Counted from the first letter of the stretch, positions 18,997 through 30,416 are shown. The stretch is 64,000 bases of DNA from an uncultured Nitrospiraceae bacterium (GCA_963705105.1 CAVPIW010000006.1:480001-544000), one strand, 5' to 3'. Notes: generated by a model not told the origin, from the sequence alone. Program-made: numbers and translations.

Positions 18997-19110
18997 CCTG
19001 ACATTTGAGCGATCACTCCAGCAGTTCTTTTCATAACTTCTTGTATTTACTCGATTGTCCAGTTTACCTGGCTAATGTGCCTTTAAATTCATTTTATTAA
19101 GGAGGTTTCT

Positions 19111-20874
19111 ATGCCGTACGACGCGACAAAGATGGCTGACTGGCAGATTTCCGAAGAAGCTGAAAAAAACATGCCCACTCCCGACGAGTGGCGTGAAAAA
19201 CTGGGCCTGCAGAAGGACGAGATGCTCCCCATGGGCCGTCTCTCCAAGATTGACTTCCTCAAGGTCATTAACAGGCTCCAGGGCAGGCCTGACGGGAAGT
19301 ACATCGAAGTAACCGCCATAACCCCGACCCCGCTGGGCGAAGGCAAGAGCACCACATCCTGCGGTCTCATGGAAGGTCTCGGCAAGCGCGGCGTCAACGT
19401 CGGCGGCGCCCTGAGGCAGCCCTCGGGCGGCCCCACCATGAACGTCAAGGGCACGGCGGCCGGCGGCGGCAACTCCCTGCTCATCCCCATGACCGAGTTC
19501 TCCCTGGGCCTCACCGGCGACATCAACGACATCATGAACGCCCACAACCTGGCCATGGTGGCCTTGAACGCCCGTATGCAGCACGAGCGCAACTACAATG
19601 ACGAGCAGCTCGCAAGGCTCACCAAGATGAAACGCCACGATATCGACCCCACCCGCGTCGAGATGGGCTGGATCATGGACTTTTGCGCCCAGGGCCTGAG
19701 AAACATCATCATGGGCATCGGCGGCCGTCAGGACGGCTTCATGATGCAGTCGAAGTTCGGCATCGCCGTCGGCTCCGAGTGCATGGCCATCCTTTCCGTC
19801 GCCAACGACCTTGCGGACCTGAAAACGCGCCTGAACAATATCACCGTCGCCTTCGACAAGAGCGGCAAGCCCGTCACCACCGGCGACCTGGAAGTCGGCA
19901 ACGCCATGACGGCCTTCATGCGCAACACCATCAACCCGACCCTCATGTGCACGGCAGAGTACAACCCCTGCTTCGTCCATGCCGGTCCGTTCGCGAACAT
20001 CGCCGTGGGCCAGTCCTCCATCATCGCCGACCGTGTCGCCCTGAAGCTCTTCGACTACCACGTCACCGAGTCCGGCTTTGCTGCTGACATCGGCTTCGAG
20101 AAGTTCTGGAACGTGAAATGCCGCTTCAGCGGCCTGAAGCCCCACGTCTCCGTTCTCACGTCCACCATCCGCGCCCTGAAGATGCACGGCGGCGGGCCGA
20201 AAGTCGTCGCCGGCAAGGCGCTCCCCGAAGAGTACACGAAGGAGAACGTGGCCCTCGTTGAGAAGGGCTGCGCCAACATGGTCCACATGATCGGCGTCAT
20301 CCGCAAGTCCGGCATCAACCCCGTCGTCTGCATCAACCGGTTCTACACCGACACGGATGCCGAAGTGGCCGCCGTCAAGAAGGCAGCCGAAGCGGCAGGC
20401 GCCCGCTGCGCCGAGTCCCAGCACTGGCTCAAGGGCGGCGAGGGAGCACTCGAACTGGCAGACGCCGTCATCGACGCCTGCAACGAAAAAGGCGAGTTCA
20501 AGTTCCTCTATCCCCTCGAGATGAAGCTGCGCGACCGCGTCGACCTCATCGCCAAGCAAGTCTACGGCGCCGACGGCGTCGACTGGCTCCCCGATGCAGC
20601 GGCCAAGGCCAAGATGCTCGAAGACGATCCCAAGTACGCAGACTTCGCCACAATGATGGTCAAGACCCACCTGTCCCTCAGCCACGATCCCGTCATCAAG
20701 GGCGTGCCCAAGGGCTGGCGTCTGCCCATCCGCGACGTGCTCATTTACTCGGGCGCGAAGTTCCTCTGCCCCTGCGCGGGAACGATCAGCCTCATGCCCG
20801 GCACGAGCTCCAATCCGGCCTTCAGAAGGATCGACGTCGACGTCAACACCGGAAAGGTCTCCGGCCTGTTCTAA
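19111..20874 (+). CDS. fhs: Formate--tetrahydrofolate ligase
   Basis: [48 protein letters not shown] motifs; strong SD. Confidence 0.97.
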   Translation: MPYDATKMADWQISEEAEKNMPTPDEWREKLGLQKDEMLPMGRLSKIDFLKVINRLQGRPDGKYIEVTAITPTPLGEGKSTTSCGLMEGLGKRGVNVGGALRQPSGGPTMNVKGTAAGGGNSLLIPMTEFSLGLTGDINDIMNAHNLAMVALNARMQHERNYNDEQLARLTKMKRHDIDPTRVEMGWIMDFCAQGLRNIIMGIGGRQDGFMMQSKFGIAVGSECMAILSVANDLADLKTRLNNITVAFDKSGKPVTTGDLEVGNAMTAFMRNTINPTLMCTAEYNPCFVHAGPFANIAVGQSSIIADRVALKLFDYHVTESGFAADIGFEKFWNVKCRFSGLKPHVSVLTSTIRALKMHGGGPKVVAGKALPEEYTKENVALVEKGCANMVHMIGVIRKSGINPVVCINRFYTDTDAEVAAVKKAAEAAGARCAESQHWLKGGEGALELADAVIDACNEKGEFKFLYPLEMKLRDRVDLIAKQVYGADGVDWLPDAAAKAKMLEDDPKYADFATMMVKTHLSLSHDPVIKGVPKGWRLPIRDVLIYSGAKFLCPCAGTISLMPGTSSNPAFRRIDVDVNTGKVSGLF

Positions 20875-20897
20875 GAATTTCTGCTTCAGCATTCCCC

Positions 20898-20930
20898 GGC
20901 TCCCCGCCCCGTGGCGGGGAGCCTTTTTTT
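20898..20930 (+). terminator. Rho-independent terminator of fhs
   Basis: GGCTCCCCGCC-ccgt-GGCGGGGAGCC followed by T7. Confidence 0.9.
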
Positions 20931-20945
20931 GGGCGCGGAAAATCC

Positions 20946-20974
20946 TTGACGCTGCCAGGAGTTTTTCCTATACT
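20946..20974 (+). promoter_or_regulatory. Sigma70 promoter
   Basis: TTGACG-17-TATACT. Confidence 0.6.
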
Positions 20975-21047
20975 ATGTATGCAAAATCCTTGCGGTGGCC
21001 ATTGGCCATGACAACGATCCGGGCGATCCGTTATGTGGAGGTGAAGA

Positions 21048-21299
21048 ATGCGTTACCTGGTTGTCGTCCTCGTCTTAATACCCGCGCTGACTTTTGCAGG
21101 ACAGAAAGGAAAGTATCTGGTGCATTGTGAGGATATTTCAGGAGGGCAGTGCAAAAAGGAGTGTTCGGAGGGTGAGAAGGCTGTCAAGAAGATCGAGATC
21201 GGCGAAGGGGATCAAAAGGGGATAATCGCCGGTGTTGATTGCAGCAGCGCAGGCAAAGGGTTTGTCTGCTGCGTTGAAAAGAAAAAGATCAAAGAATAA
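21048..21299 (+). CDS. Small secreted six-cysteine protein
   Basis: GGAGGT SD, signal peptide MRYLVVVLVLIPALTFA, C-x7-C-x3-C-x25-C-x8-CC. Confidence 0.7.
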   Translation: MRYLVVVLVLIPALTFAGQKGKYLVHCEDISGGQCKKECSEGEKAVKKIEIGEGDQKGIIAGVDCSSAGKGFVCCVEKKKIKE

Positions 21300-21382
21300 A
21301 TTCCAAAGCTCCCTGTTAGTAGATTACTGCTGCCGGTGGAACCGTGACTGCGGTGCCGGCTCCCATAGACCTCGATGAACCT

Positions 21383-21409
21383 GTCAGCCCCGGAATCTCC
21401 GGGGCTGAC
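21383..21409. terminator. GC-rich hairpin, possible terminator
   Basis: GTCAGCCCCGGA-atc-TCCGGGGCTGAC. Confidence 0.55.
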
Positions 21410-21447
21410 GAATCTTTCACACGCTCAAACCCTCACCTGCCTGATTA

Positions 21448-21637
21448 ACCTCGTCGTTGCATGAAAAGCCGGGGCGAAGCACTCTGACAACAGTGTGAGT
21501 GTCAGTGTCGGAATAATGTCCCATTCTCCTAACATTGGCGTATAGTTCATCTATCGTTTTGATACAGGTGTCGCCGCATCAAGGTTTTCGGCGCATTCAC
21601 CCCCACCTTTCCCGGGAGTGTATTGTAACAATAAGGT
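21448..21637 (-). mobile_element. MITE-like element, family A
   Basis: ACCT...AAGGT ends; shares GCGCCGAAAACCTTGATGCGGCGACACCTGTATC with 26657-26852 in reverse orientation. Confidence 0.65.
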
Positions 21638-21682
21638 GAACTGCCCCTCCAATCATGGCTACATGAAACTCTAATTTTCAAT

Positions 21683-21711
21683 TTGACATTTTTCTCATTT
21701 TTCCATATAAT
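21683..21711 (+). promoter_or_regulatory. Perfect consensus sigma70 promoter, leaderless
   Basis: TTGACA-17-TATAAT, ATG 6 nt downstream. Confidence 0.8.
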
Positions 21712-21717
21712 TTCGGC

Positions 21718-22914
21718 ATGATACAGAGGCATATAAGCGCAAAACTGGAGGCCCTCGCTGCTCAATTTCCGGTTCTCCTTCTGACAGGTCCTCGTCAGGC
21801 CGGTAAAACGACACTTGCTCAACACCTGTTTGCGCATCATGCCTATGTAAGCCTCGAAGATCCGGATAACCGGGAATCGGCCGTGTCGGATCCACGGGGC
21901 TTCCTCGACCGGTTCAGGAGCAATGCGATTTTCGATGAGGTGCAGCGGGTGCCGTCACTGCTGTCATATCTGCAGACCGAAGTGGACAGGGACGCCACTC
22001 CGGGTCGCTTCGTTCTGACCGGCTCGCATCATATGCATCTCATGGACAGCGTCAGTCAGACGCTCGCCGGCCGTATTGCCATAATACATCTGTTGCCGCT
22101 CAGTCTTGCAGAACTTCATGGCCGTCCGGCGGCAGACCCTTTCAACATCCGGTCGCCTCGTGAAACACCACCACCCTCTACCGACCTCGACAGGGCGCTT
22201 TTCGCCGGCGGCTATCCGCGCATTCACGACAAGGGCATCGATCCGCGGGACTGGCTGGCAAATTACTACCAGACCCACGTGGAACGAGACGTGCGTGACA
22301 TCGTCAATATCGGTGATCTCGATTCCTTCCAGCGCTTCATGCGGCTGTGCGCTGGGAGAAGCGGCCAGTTACTGAACCTGTCCTCTCTCGGCGCCGATGC
22401 GGGAATAACTCATCCGACTGTCAGAAAGTGGCTTTCCGTTCTCCAGGCCAACTTCCTGGTACATCTGCTCCCGCCTCATCACACGAATTTTTCAAAGCGG
22501 ATCGTGAAGGCTCCGAAGTTATTTTTTTATGACACCGGGCTGCTGTGTTTTCTGCTCGGCATCCGGTCTGCCGATATGATCGCCACGCACCCGCTGAGAG
22601 GAGCGATATTCGAGACGCTGGTCGTGTCTGAGTTGATAAAGGCTTTCGTCAATGCCGGTGAAGTGCCGCCCGTCTATTTCTGGCGAGACCGGACCGGGCA
22701 CGAAGTGGATGTTGTCATCGATACGGGTGTGGAACTCATACCTGTGGAAATCAAGTCTGGCACGACGGTCAACCCGTCTTTTTTTGAAGGGCTGCGTTTC
22801 TTTTGCGGTCTAGGCTCGCCGGCCTCAAAGGGCGGCGCACTCATCTACGGCGGAAGAACGCCTGCCTATATCCGGGAAGGACACTGCGTGAGACCCTGGT
22901 TTGCACCGGTATAA
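21718..22914 (+). CDS. AAA+ ATPase with DUF4143 domain
   Basis: GPRQAGKTT, FDEVQR, GGYP, KAPKLFFYDTGL, YFWRDRTGHEVD, PVEIKS. Confidence 0.9.
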   Translation: MIQRHISAKLEALAAQFPVLLLTGPRQAGKTTLAQHLFAHHAYVSLEDPDNRESAVSDPRGFLDRFRSNAIFDEVQRVPSLLSYLQTEVDRDATPGRFVLTGSHHMHLMDSVSQTLAGRIAIIHLLPLSLAELHGRPAADPFNIRSPRETPPPSTDLDRALFAGGYPRIHDKGIDPRDWLANYYQTHVERDVRDIVNIGDLDSFQRFMRLCAGRSGQLLNLSSLGADAGITHPTVRKWLSVLQANFLVHLLPPHHTNFSKRIVKAPKLFFYDTGLLCFLLGIRSADMIATHPLRGAIFETLVVSELIKAFVNAGEVPPVYFWRDRTGHEVDVVIDTGVELIPVEIKSGTTVNPSFFEGLRFFCGLGSPASKGGALIYGGRTPAYIREGHCVRPWFAPV

Positions 22915-23009
22915 ACACCACCGGCCCTGAGGACGGCACGACGGACCATACGTGACTCGGTTGTCTTGATCTTCCCCCATCCGATACAATAAAGAAAAAA
23001 GCCGACACC

Positions 23010-24110
23010 ATGAGCGCTTTCATAAAAAAGACGTCCTATCTCATCATTCCCGCAGTCCTGTCCGTCCTGCTTCACCTCTCCATTGTCGCAGCAATGTCAG
23101 GCATGCGGGGATTCGACATCGGGGCGCTTTTCATCGGGCAACAGTTTACGGTCGGTCTTGTCGAAGACGGGACAGCTACGCCTGTGCCGCCCGTCGTCCG
23201 TCCGAAACCCCGTGCTGTCGCGCGCCCGGTCGCACAGGAGAAGGCGCCCGTCGCCGTCGCATCCCCCGAAGACAATGACATCACGACCGGGCAAGCCGGG
23301 GCGGTTTCCGCAAACGATAATCTGGAACAACGTCCGGATGAGGAAACCGCCGTCGCTCAGCAGGACCAGGCTGCTCAGGACGTGTTGCCTCAATCTGATG
23401 CCATTGGCAGTGCCGCTCTGCCCCGGGAGACGCCGAAAAGCAGCCCCCCTTCCCTGCTGAAACACGCCCGTGAGCGGCTGTCGTTTAACATCTCATGGCT
23501 CGGCGTCCACGTCGGCAAGGCGACTCTCGACGCCTTCAGGAAGAAGGATGAGGTGATGATCATCTCGCGGGTCCACTCCGCCCCTGTCATCTCCCATTTT
23601 TACCGCGTCGATGACTTTGCCGTCAGCACCGTGAAGGACGGCCAGCCGGCCCGGTTCAGGATCAAGCAGGTCGAGGGCAGGTACAGGAGCGACAAGGAGA
23701 CGCTTTTCGATGCCGGGAATGGAAAGATAACCTTTCACAATTACATCAAGGGAACGAAGGACGACCATACCTCGCAGGAGACGCTGTGGGACGTCCTGTC
23801 GGGCTTTTATGTCCTCAGGAGCAAGCGCCTCGAGATCGGCAGGCCCGTCCATATCGACATCTTCGACAGCAACAAGATCTACAAGACAGAGGTTGCCGTC
23901 ATTCGGAAGGAAAAGGTGGAGCTGCCCGGCCGGGGACAGGTCGATGCCGTCGTTGTCAGGCCCCGCCTCCTGTCGGAAGGACTCTTCCAGTTCAGCGGCG
24001 AGATCCTCATCTGGCTGACCGATGACGACGAGCGCATCCCCGTGAAGGTCGAGACGACGGCGCCTATCGGGACCGTCGTCGCCCGCATCGCCTCTCTCGA
24101 GACGGAATAG
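23010..24110 (+). CDS. DUF3108-domain protein with N-terminal anchor and Pro/Ala-rich linker
   Basis: [15 protein letters not shown] and [13 protein letters not shown] motifs. Confidence 0.75.
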   Translation: MSAFIKKTSYLIIPAVLSVLLHLSIVAAMSGMRGFDIGALFIGQQFTVGLVEDGTATPVPPVVRPKPRAVARPVAQEKAPVAVASPEDNDITTGQAGAVSANDNLEQRPDEETAVAQQDQAAQDVLPQSDAIGSAALPRETPKSSPPSLLKHARERLSFNISWLGVHVGKATLDAFRKKDEVMIISRVHSAPVISHFYRVDDFAVSTVKDGQPARFRIKQVEGRYRSDKETLFDAGNGKITFHNYIKGTKDDHTSQETLWDVLSGFYVLRSKRLEIGRPVHIDIFDSNKIYKTEVAVIRKEKVELPGRGQVDAVVVRPRLLSEGLFQFSGEILIWLTDDDERIPVKVETTAPIGTVVARIASLETE

Positions 24111-24115
24111 GCCCC

Positions 24116-26656
24116 TTGGATTTCATAACTATACGCGGCGCGCGCGAACATAACCTGAAAAACATCAGCCTCACCATCCCGAGGGACAGGATCACCGTCA
24201 TAACGGGACCGTCCGGGTCGGGGAAATCCTCACTCGCCCTCGACACGATCTACGCCGAGGGCCAGAGGCGGTATGTGGAAAGCCTCTCCGCCTATGCGCG
24301 GCAATTCCTCGAGCAGATGCAGAAGCCCGACGTCGATTCCATCGAGGGCCTCTCTCCATCCATAGCGATAGATCAGAAAACGGTGTCGAGGAGCCCCCGG
24401 TCGACGGTCGGCACGATCACGGAGGTGTATGACTACCTGAGGGTCCTGTTCACGCGTCTCGGCACCCCCTACTGCTACCATTGCGGCTCCGTCATCGCCT
24501 CACAGGACATCCAGAACATCCTGCTCTCCGTCCTGTCGCTCCCCGTCGGGACGAGGATCCAGGTCCTCGCACCCATTGTGAGGGACAGAAAAGGGGAGTA
24601 CAAAAAGGAACTCCGGAAAATGAAGTCCGAGGGGTTCGTTCGGGCCCGCATCGACGGCGCCATGGTCGATCTCACCCAGGAGATATCCTTGCGGAAACAG
24701 CAGAGGCATACCATCGAGATCGTCATCGACCGGTTCATCATCAAGCATGCCGTGGAACGGCAGATCCGGCAGGCCATCGACGCATCCCTCAAATATGCCG
24801 ACACGGTGGTGATCAACCTCATCGATGAAAACCGCGATATTCTTTTCAGCAAGACCCTCGCCTGCCCGAGCTGCGGCATCAGTTATCCCGAGATCGAGCC
24901 GAGGCTCTTCTCTTTCAACAGCAAATACGGCGCCTGCAAGTCCTGCAACGGCCTCGGTTTTGATAATCTCGCCGACCTTGACGAGATGGGAACGGCGACG
25001 AGGACTGCGCCGTCTCTTATCGGCGACGCTGTGCCGGACCGTCTCATCCCCTGCCGGTCCTGCCAGGGCATGCGGTTGAGAAAGGAGGCCCTCAGCGTCC
25101 GGCTGCAGGGCGTCAGCATCGGCCAGTTGTCGGCCCTTTCCGTGCGGGAGGCGGGACACTTCCTTGCGGGACTCCATCTGAAGGAGCGGGAGCGCATCAT
25201 CGCCAGGAGGGTCCTCCGGGAGGCGGCGGACCGCCTGTCCTTTCTCGACAGGGTCGGCCTCGGGTATATGACCCTTGACAGGCCGTCACTTACCCTGTCG
25301 GGCGGCGAAGCCCAGCGCATCAGGCTGGCGACACAGCTCGGGTCGTCACTGACGGGTGTGCTCTATGTGCTTGACGAGCCGAGCATAGGTCTCCATCCCC
25401 GGGACTGCGGAAAACTCATCGAGAGCCTCAACAGCATCAGGGACGGAGGGAACACGGTCATCGTCGTGGAGCACGACACGGAAACGATCCTCAATGCCGA
25501 TCACATCATCGACATGGGTCCCGGCGCCGGCCGGAACGGGGGATGGATCATCGCCTCGGGAACGCCTGCAGAGATACGGGAGAACCCCTCGTCGGTCACA
25601 GGGAGGTACATCAGCGGAGACACGCGTATCCCCGTGCCGGCGCGCAGGAGGAAAGGCCGCGACGTCATCACGATCAGGGGGGCGTCGGAATTCAACCTCA
25701 GGCGCATCGACGTCGCCCTGCCCCTCGGGGTGTTCCTCTGCGTCACCGGCGTCTCCGGGTCCGGCAAGAGCACTCTCGTCTTCGAGATCCTCTACAAGAC
25801 CCTCGCCCGCAGGCTTTACAGCGCCTCTGAGACACCCGGCGCGTGCGACGCCATCGAAGGCCTCGAAAAAGTGGACAGGGTCATCTCCATCGATCAGTCC
25901 CCCCTGGGCAGGACGCCGCGCTCCAACCCCGCCACATATTCGGGCATCTTCACGCCCATACGGGACCTCTTCGCACAGTTGCCCGATGCAAGAGTCAGGG
26001 GATATACGGCGTCACGGTTCAGTTTCAACGTCTCCGGCGGGCGGTGTGAGGGATGCCAGGGAGCGGGCGTGAAAAAAATCGAGATGCACTTCCTTCCCGA
26101 TGTCTACGTGACCTGTGACGTCTGCCGGGGAAAGCGGTACAACCGTGAAACCCTCGACATCACATACAGGGAAAAGACTATAGCGGACATTCTCCACATG
26201 ACCGTATCGGAATCACTCGAATTTTTCCAGGCCATTCCGCCCCTCCGGCAGAGGCTGAGTCTCCTTGAAGAGATGGGGATGGGGTATGTGATGCTCGGCC
26301 AGCCGGCGACCACCCTTTCGGGAGGAGAGGCGCAGCGCCTGAAGCTGTCGAAAGAGCTGGGCAAGCGGTCGACGGGCAGCACCCTCTACATCCTCGACGA
26401 ACCGACGACGGGCCTCCATTTCGTCGACATACAGCGGCTCTTGGCCGTCATCAACAGGCTCGTCGATGCCGGCAACACCGTCATCGTCATCGAGCACGAT
26501 ATGGACGTCATCAAGTCCTGCGATTTCATCATCGACCTGGGCCCCGAGGGCGGAGAAGACGGCGGGACCGTCGTCGCCCGCGGCACGCCCGAAGAAGTGG
26601 CTCGTATGAAGGCATCCCACACCGGCAGATATCTCGCCGGGGTGCTGAAAGGATGA
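24116..26656 (+). CDS. uvrA: Excinuclease ABC subunit A (short, 846 aa)
   Basis: GAREHNLKN, two GSGKS Walker A, two LSGGEAQR signatures, Zn fingers. Confidence 0.97.
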   Translation: MDFITIRGAREHNLKNISLTIPRDRITVITGPSGSGKSSLALDTIYAEGQRRYVESLSAYARQFLEQMQKPDVDSIEGLSPSIAIDQKTVSRSPRSTVGTITEVYDYLRVLFTRLGTPYCYHCGSVIASQDIQNILLSVLSLPVGTRIQVLAPIVRDRKGEYKKELRKMKSEGFVRARIDGAMVDLTQEISLRKQQRHTIEIVIDRFIIKHAVERQIRQAIDASLKYADTVVINLIDENRDILFSKTLACPSCGISYPEIEPRLFSFNSKYGACKSCNGLGFDNLADLDEMGTATRTAPSLIGDAVPDRLIPCRSCQGMRLRKEALSVRLQGVSIGQLSALSVREAGHFLAGLHLKERERIIARRVLREAADRLSFLDRVGLGYMTLDRPSLTLSGGEAQRIRLATQLGSSLTGVLYVLDEPSIGLHPRDCGKLIESLNSIRDGGNTVIVVEHDTETILNADHIIDMGPGAGRNGGWIIASGTPAEIRENPSSVTGRYISGDTRIPVPARRRKGRDVITIRGASEFNLRRIDVALPLGVFLCVTGVSGSGKSTLVFEILYKTLARRLYSASETPGACDAIEGLEKVDRVISIDQSPLGRTPRSNPATYSGIFTPIRDLFAQLPDARVRGYTASRFSFNVSGGRCEGCQGAGVKKIEMHFLPDVYVTCDVCRGKRYNRETLDITYREKTIADILHMTVSESLEFFQAIPPLRQRLSLLEEMGMGYVMLGQPATTLSGGEAQRLKLSKELGKRSTGSTLYILDEPTTGLHFVDIQRLLAVINRLVDAGNTVIVIEHDMDVIKSCDFIIDLGPEGGEDGGTVVARGTPEEVARMKASHTGRYLAGVLKG

Positions 26657-26852
26657 ACCTTATCGTCGCATACGCCTGACCGAAAGGCGGGGTGAATGCG
26701 CCGAAAACCTTGATGCGGCGACACCTGTATCGTAACGAGAATAAGCTGGTGTATGAAAAAATGAGCTTCTCACTGACACTCACACTATCACTCACACTTT
26801 TTTTCAGAGCGCTTCACCCCGCCTTTTCAGAAAGCGTATGCAACGATAAGGT
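26657..26852 (+). mobile_element. MITE-like element, family A, with ~40-bp imperfect terminal inverted repeats
   Basis: ACCTTATCGTCGCATACGC..AAAGGCGGGGTGAA / TTCACCCCGCCTTT..GCGTATGCAACGATAAGGT. Confidence 0.75.
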
Positions 26853-27903
26853 GAACAACAGGCACGCCCGTCACCGGCACCGCCCCATCGTCGGTATTCT
26901 TCTGTCCCTGCTCGTTGTGGCCCTGCTATCGTCCTGCCGGCCCGGGAACGAACGCCTGTTCCGGGAGACGAGAAAGGCCATGTACACGGTGACGACCATC
27001 ACGGTCTCGGCCGCCACCGACGAAACGGCCCGGCGCGCCATCGACGCCGCCTTCCTGGCGCTGGACAGGATCGAAAAGCTTATGAATTATTATTCCAAGG
27101 ACAGCGAGGTGTCGGAAATCAACAGGAACGCCGGGGTCCGTCCCGTCAGGGTCTCCCCGGAGACCTTCGAGGTGGTCGGGAAATCCGTCTTCGTTGCCGA
27201 GAACACGGAGGGCGCCTTCGACATCACCCTCGGGCCCGTCATCGAAGCCTGGGATTTTGAAAAGAAAACGGTCCCCGGCAAAGGGGAGATCAATGAGAGG
27301 ATGAAGCGCGTCGGCTACCGCAACATTGTCCTCGACAGCAGGCAGAGGACGGTCTTTCTGAAAAAGGGCGGGATGCAGATCAACCTCGGCGGGATCCTGA
27401 AGGGGTTCGCCGCGGACCGGGCCGTCGACGTGCTCAGGAAAAACGGCATCCGGTCCGGCATCGTCGCCATCGGCGGCGATATACGGGCATTCGGCAACCG
27501 GCCCGGAGGAGAGCCCTGGAAGGTGGGTGTGCAGAATCCCCGGCAGACAGGCAAAGACGACGAGATCCTGGCCACGGTCGATCTGACGGATAAGGCCATA
27601 TCGACAGCGGGAGACTATGAAAGGTACTATATCCTCGACGGGGTGCGGTATCACCATATCCTGGACCCGAAAACCGGTTATCCCGCTAAGGGGTGCCGGA
27701 GCGTCACCGTCGTCGCAGCCGACGGGATAGCGGCCGACGGCTTCGACACAGGGCTTTTCGTCCTCGGTCCCGCGAAGGCCCTGAGTATTCTCGGAAAACT
27801 CGGGCTTGACGGCATCGTCGTCGATGAGGACGGGAAGGTCTTCGTCACGGACGGCATAAAGGGGTCCGTCTCTCTCAGGCACGTGAAGGCTCAGGGATCC
27901 TGA
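26851..27903 (+). CDS. apbE: FAD:protein FMN transferase lipoprotein
   Basis: Lipobox [44 protein letters not shown]. Confidence 0.92.
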   Translation: MNNRHARHRHRPIVGILLSLLVVALLSSCRPGNERLFRETRKAMYTVTTITVSAATDETARRAIDAAFLALDRIEKLMNYYSKDSEVSEINRNAGVRPVRVSPETFEVVGKSVFVAENTEGAFDITLGPVIEAWDFEKKTVPGKGEINERMKRVGYRNIVLDSRQRTVFLKKGGMQINLGGILKGFAADRAVDVLRKNGIRSGIVAIGGDIRAFGNRPGGEPWKVGVQNPRQTGKDDEILATVDLTDKAISTAGDYERYYILDGVRYHHILDPKTGYPAKGCRSVTVVAADGIAADGFDTGLFVLGPAKALSILGKLGLDGIVVDEDGKVFVTDGIKGSVSLRHVKAQGS

Positions 27904-27925
27904 GGGAAGAGAGGGAGAAGAACCG

Positions 27926-28108
27926 GTGCAGATAGCCTGTCCCGTCTGCCGCACCATGACGACCTGGGAGGAGAACCCCTGGAAACCTTTCTGCTCGGAG
28001 AGGTGCAAGCTCATCGACCTCGGCCGCTGGGCATCGGGAGAATACAGGATCGAGGGCGAAAGGGTCGACGAAGAAGAAAACGAAGAGACTCATGATGGAC
28101 AAGAATAA
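27926..28108 (+). CDS. yacG: DNA gyrase inhibitor YacG
   Basis: CPVC...[22 protein letters not shown]. Confidence 0.92.
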   Translation: MQIACPVCRTMTTWEENPWKPFCSERCKLIDLGRWASGEYRIEGERVDEEENEETHDGQE

Positions 28109-28320
28109 ACGGAGGTGGTCGCCGGGACGGCAGATATGGTCCAAAGCCTTTCCAATGCGATGATGAGACATCTCCAGGTGTTCAGCGCCTGTTGCCTGAC
28201 GGGCGGTTGTCATCAACAGACATGGCAAAGGGTGGTCCGGTGACGAATAAGGTATCTTAGAGGAAAGGCTTTTCACCACATCAGCCGTCCCGTCCTGCTG
28301 GTCGTGGCCTGTTTCGATTA

Positions 28321-28461
28321 TTATACATAGCGTCTAAAGTCATCTGTCATTCCCGCAACCCCGCGCGTGATGCGGGGGCGTCGGGAATCCTGCTGACGAC
28401 GAAGATAGATTCCGGACAAGCCGAAATGACAAACTGAACGGACTTATGTCGTTGTGTATAA
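28321..28461. repeat. Palindromic MITE/REP-like element, family B
   Basis: Imperfect terminal IRs TTATACATAGCGTCTAAAGTC / GACTTATGTCGTTGTGTATAA around GTCATTCCCG..GGGAATCC..GATTCCGG..AATGAC. Confidence 0.6.
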
Positions 28462-28602
28462 TTGCAGATGAATGACTCTTCATGACTCATGGATTTTTCG
28501 GTGGTACATCGTCCCCCGAGGGCATGTGCAGCGTGTCACATTATTTTGGTATCTTAAACACCAATGGAGTGAATCACAGAACGAGCAAAGGAGGAGAGGG
28601 AG

Positions 28603-29406
28603 ATGACCAAAATTGTCGTCACCGGTGCGGCCGGTCGGATGGGAAGCAGGATTATAGCCCTTGCGAAGGACAATGCCGGGCTGAAACTCGTGGGAGCGCT
28701 CGAGCGGGCAGGTCACGAGAGCATCGGCAAGGATGTGGGTCTGATGCACGGTCTCGGCGAAACGAATGTCCTCGTCCGGGACAGTCTCGGGGACATCATC
28801 GACGAGTGCGATGCCGTCATAGATTTCACGGGCGTCGGAGCGACGCTGGAGCACGTCAAGACGGCGGCGGAACGGAAAAAGGCGATGGTCATCGGGACGA
28901 CGGGGCTCAAGAAGGACGAGATCGCACAGATCGCCTCTGCGGCCGCGGGCATCCCGGTCGTCCTCGCTCCCAACATGAGCGTCGGCGTCAACCTGCTCCT
29001 CCGGGTGCTCCGGGACATTGCTCAGGTCCTCGGGGACGACTATGACGTCGAGGTGATCGAGGCCCATCACCGGATGAAGAAGGATGCCCCGAGCGGTACG
29101 GCCCTGAAAATGGCCCAGGTGATCGCCGAGGCCCTCAACCGCGACCTCGACGACGTCGCGACGTATGCGCGGAAAGGGCTCATCGGAGAGCGGCAGAAGA
29201 GGGAAATCGGCATCCAGACTATCAGGGCCGGCGATATCGTGGGAGAGCACACAGTCCTGTTCGGCGGTCTCGGCGAGCGCATCGAGATCACCCACAGGGT
29301 CTCGAGCAGGGACACCTTCGCCCGGGGCGCCCTGAAAGCGGCCCTGTGGATTGAGGGAAAGCAGCCGGGATTATACGACATGCAGGATGTGCTGGGACTG
29401 AAATAG
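28603..29406 (+). CDS. dapB: 4-hydroxy-tetrahydrodipicolinate reductase
   Basis: GAAGRMG, IGTTG, APNMSVG, EAHHRMKKDAPSGTA. Confidence 0.97.
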   Translation: MTKIVVTGAAGRMGSRIIALAKDNAGLKLVGALERAGHESIGKDVGLMHGLGETNVLVRDSLGDIIDECDAVIDFTGVGATLEHVKTAAERKKAMVIGTTGLKKDEIAQIASAAAGIPVVLAPNMSVGVNLLLRVLRDIAQVLGDDYDVEVIEAHHRMKKDAPSGTALKMAQVIAEALNRDLDDVATYARKGLIGERQKREIGIQTIRAGDIVGEHTVLFGGLGERIEITHRVSSRDTFARGALKAALWIEGKQPGLYDMQDVLGLK

Positions 29407-29490
29407 TGTACAAAAAAAGTGCGAGTGTCAGTGTGAGTGTCAGTAAAAGAAATGACAGGTCTATCAAGAAACAGTGTGAGTGTGAGTATG

Positions 29491-29741
29491 CAATAGGACC
29501 TTCGAAAAGGCGGGGCGAAGATGCCGAAAAGCCTTGGTGCTGCGAAACCGTTGCCTTCCCATGTGGATTATTTCAGGCCGACGGTCGATGACACAAAGAA
29601 TGGAATCGTGTAGGGGCCGTTCCCCGAACGGCCCGACATTAAAGAAGCGGTCTGCTCGGGGAGCAGACCCTACAATGATCATTCTCGCTATCAGCAAGGC
29701 TTTGAGGCACTTTGTCCCGCCTTTTCATGTAACCGCAAGGT
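29491..29741 (+). mobile_element. MITE-like element, family A
   Basis: AAGGCGGGGCGAAGATGCCGAAAAGCCTTGGTGCTGCGAAACC ... CACTTTGTCCCGCCTTTTCATGTAACCGCAAGGT; homologous to the 57505 and 61434 copies. Confidence 0.65.
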
Positions 29742-29747
29742 AAATGC

Positions 29748-29784
29748 AACAGGGCAGGTTGCCTGAAGTAACCTGCCCTGTTTT
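29748..29784. terminator. Terminator hairpin between convergent genes
   Basis: AACAGGGCAGGTT / AACCTGCCCTGTTTT. Confidence 0.7.
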
Positions 29785-29804
29785 AATTTCCCTGCCGGTG
29801 AAGC

Positions 29805-30290
29805 TCAGCCTTCGACGATGCCGTGCTCTTCCCACATGTACCAGTTGCCCGAATCGTTCATAAAGGAAAAGGTGTTCGAAAAAATGTTGTAATGGGCCTC
29901 TTCCTCTTTGAGAAGACGCTGGAACAGAGCCTTCTCCTTCTCGGACGGGGCTTCCGCCATGGCCTTCCGGTAGAATTCGACACCCTCCTTCTCCATGTCC
30001 ATGGCGATTTTGAAGGCATCAACCTCGTCCTTTGTCGCCGCCACACGCTCCATCATCTGCGGCTTCATCTCCTCGAAGATCGACCTGACGGCCTTCACGG
30101 GATTGGCGTCCTTTGCATGCAGGTCCAAACCCTTGAGGATCTGCGAGATCATCTCGACATGGCGTTTTTCATCATCCACGATGGAAAGGAACATCTTCTT
30201 GCCGACAGGGTTCGATGTCCTGTCCGCAGCCTCCCCGTAAAACTTTATCGCGTCCGTCTCCATTCTCAATGCGATTTCAACTGACGTCAT
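29805..30290 (-). CDS. Ferritin-like/rubrerythrin diiron protein
   Basis: Duplicated A..ME....FY ... E..H motifs. Confidence 0.85.
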   Translation of the reverse strand: MTSVEIALRMETDAIKFYGEAADRTSNPVGKKMFLSIVDDEKRHVEMISQILKGLDLHAKDANPVKAVRSIFEEMKPQMMERVAATKDEVDAFKIAMDMEKEGVEFYRKAMAEAPSEKEKALFQRLLKEEEAHYNIFSNTFSFMNDSGNWYMWEEHGIVEG

Positions 30291-30351
30291 ACACGCCTCC
30301 TTTCAATAACACAACGCACACTACCTCCAAGTAGTAGACAGTAAACAGTAG

Positions 30352-30416
30352 ACCCTATTGTTGCATGCGCCCTCAGAAAAAACGGGACGTATGCGCCGAA
30401 AAGCCCCGGTGCGCCG
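30352..30416 (+). mobile_element. Partial MITE-like element, family A (left end only)
   Basis: ACCCTATTGTTGCATGCGCCC...TATGCGCCGAAAA, matching 61434. Confidence 0.55.

Noticed and set aside
18997..19110. THF or ZTP riboswitch in the fhs leader
   Set aside because: No conserved aptamer motifs recognised; an Rfam scan would settle it.
26692..26850. N-terminal extensions of apbE and prmA (57548-57733) in the ORF track
   Set aside because: They are read through MITE-like DNA; homology starts at 26851 and 57734.
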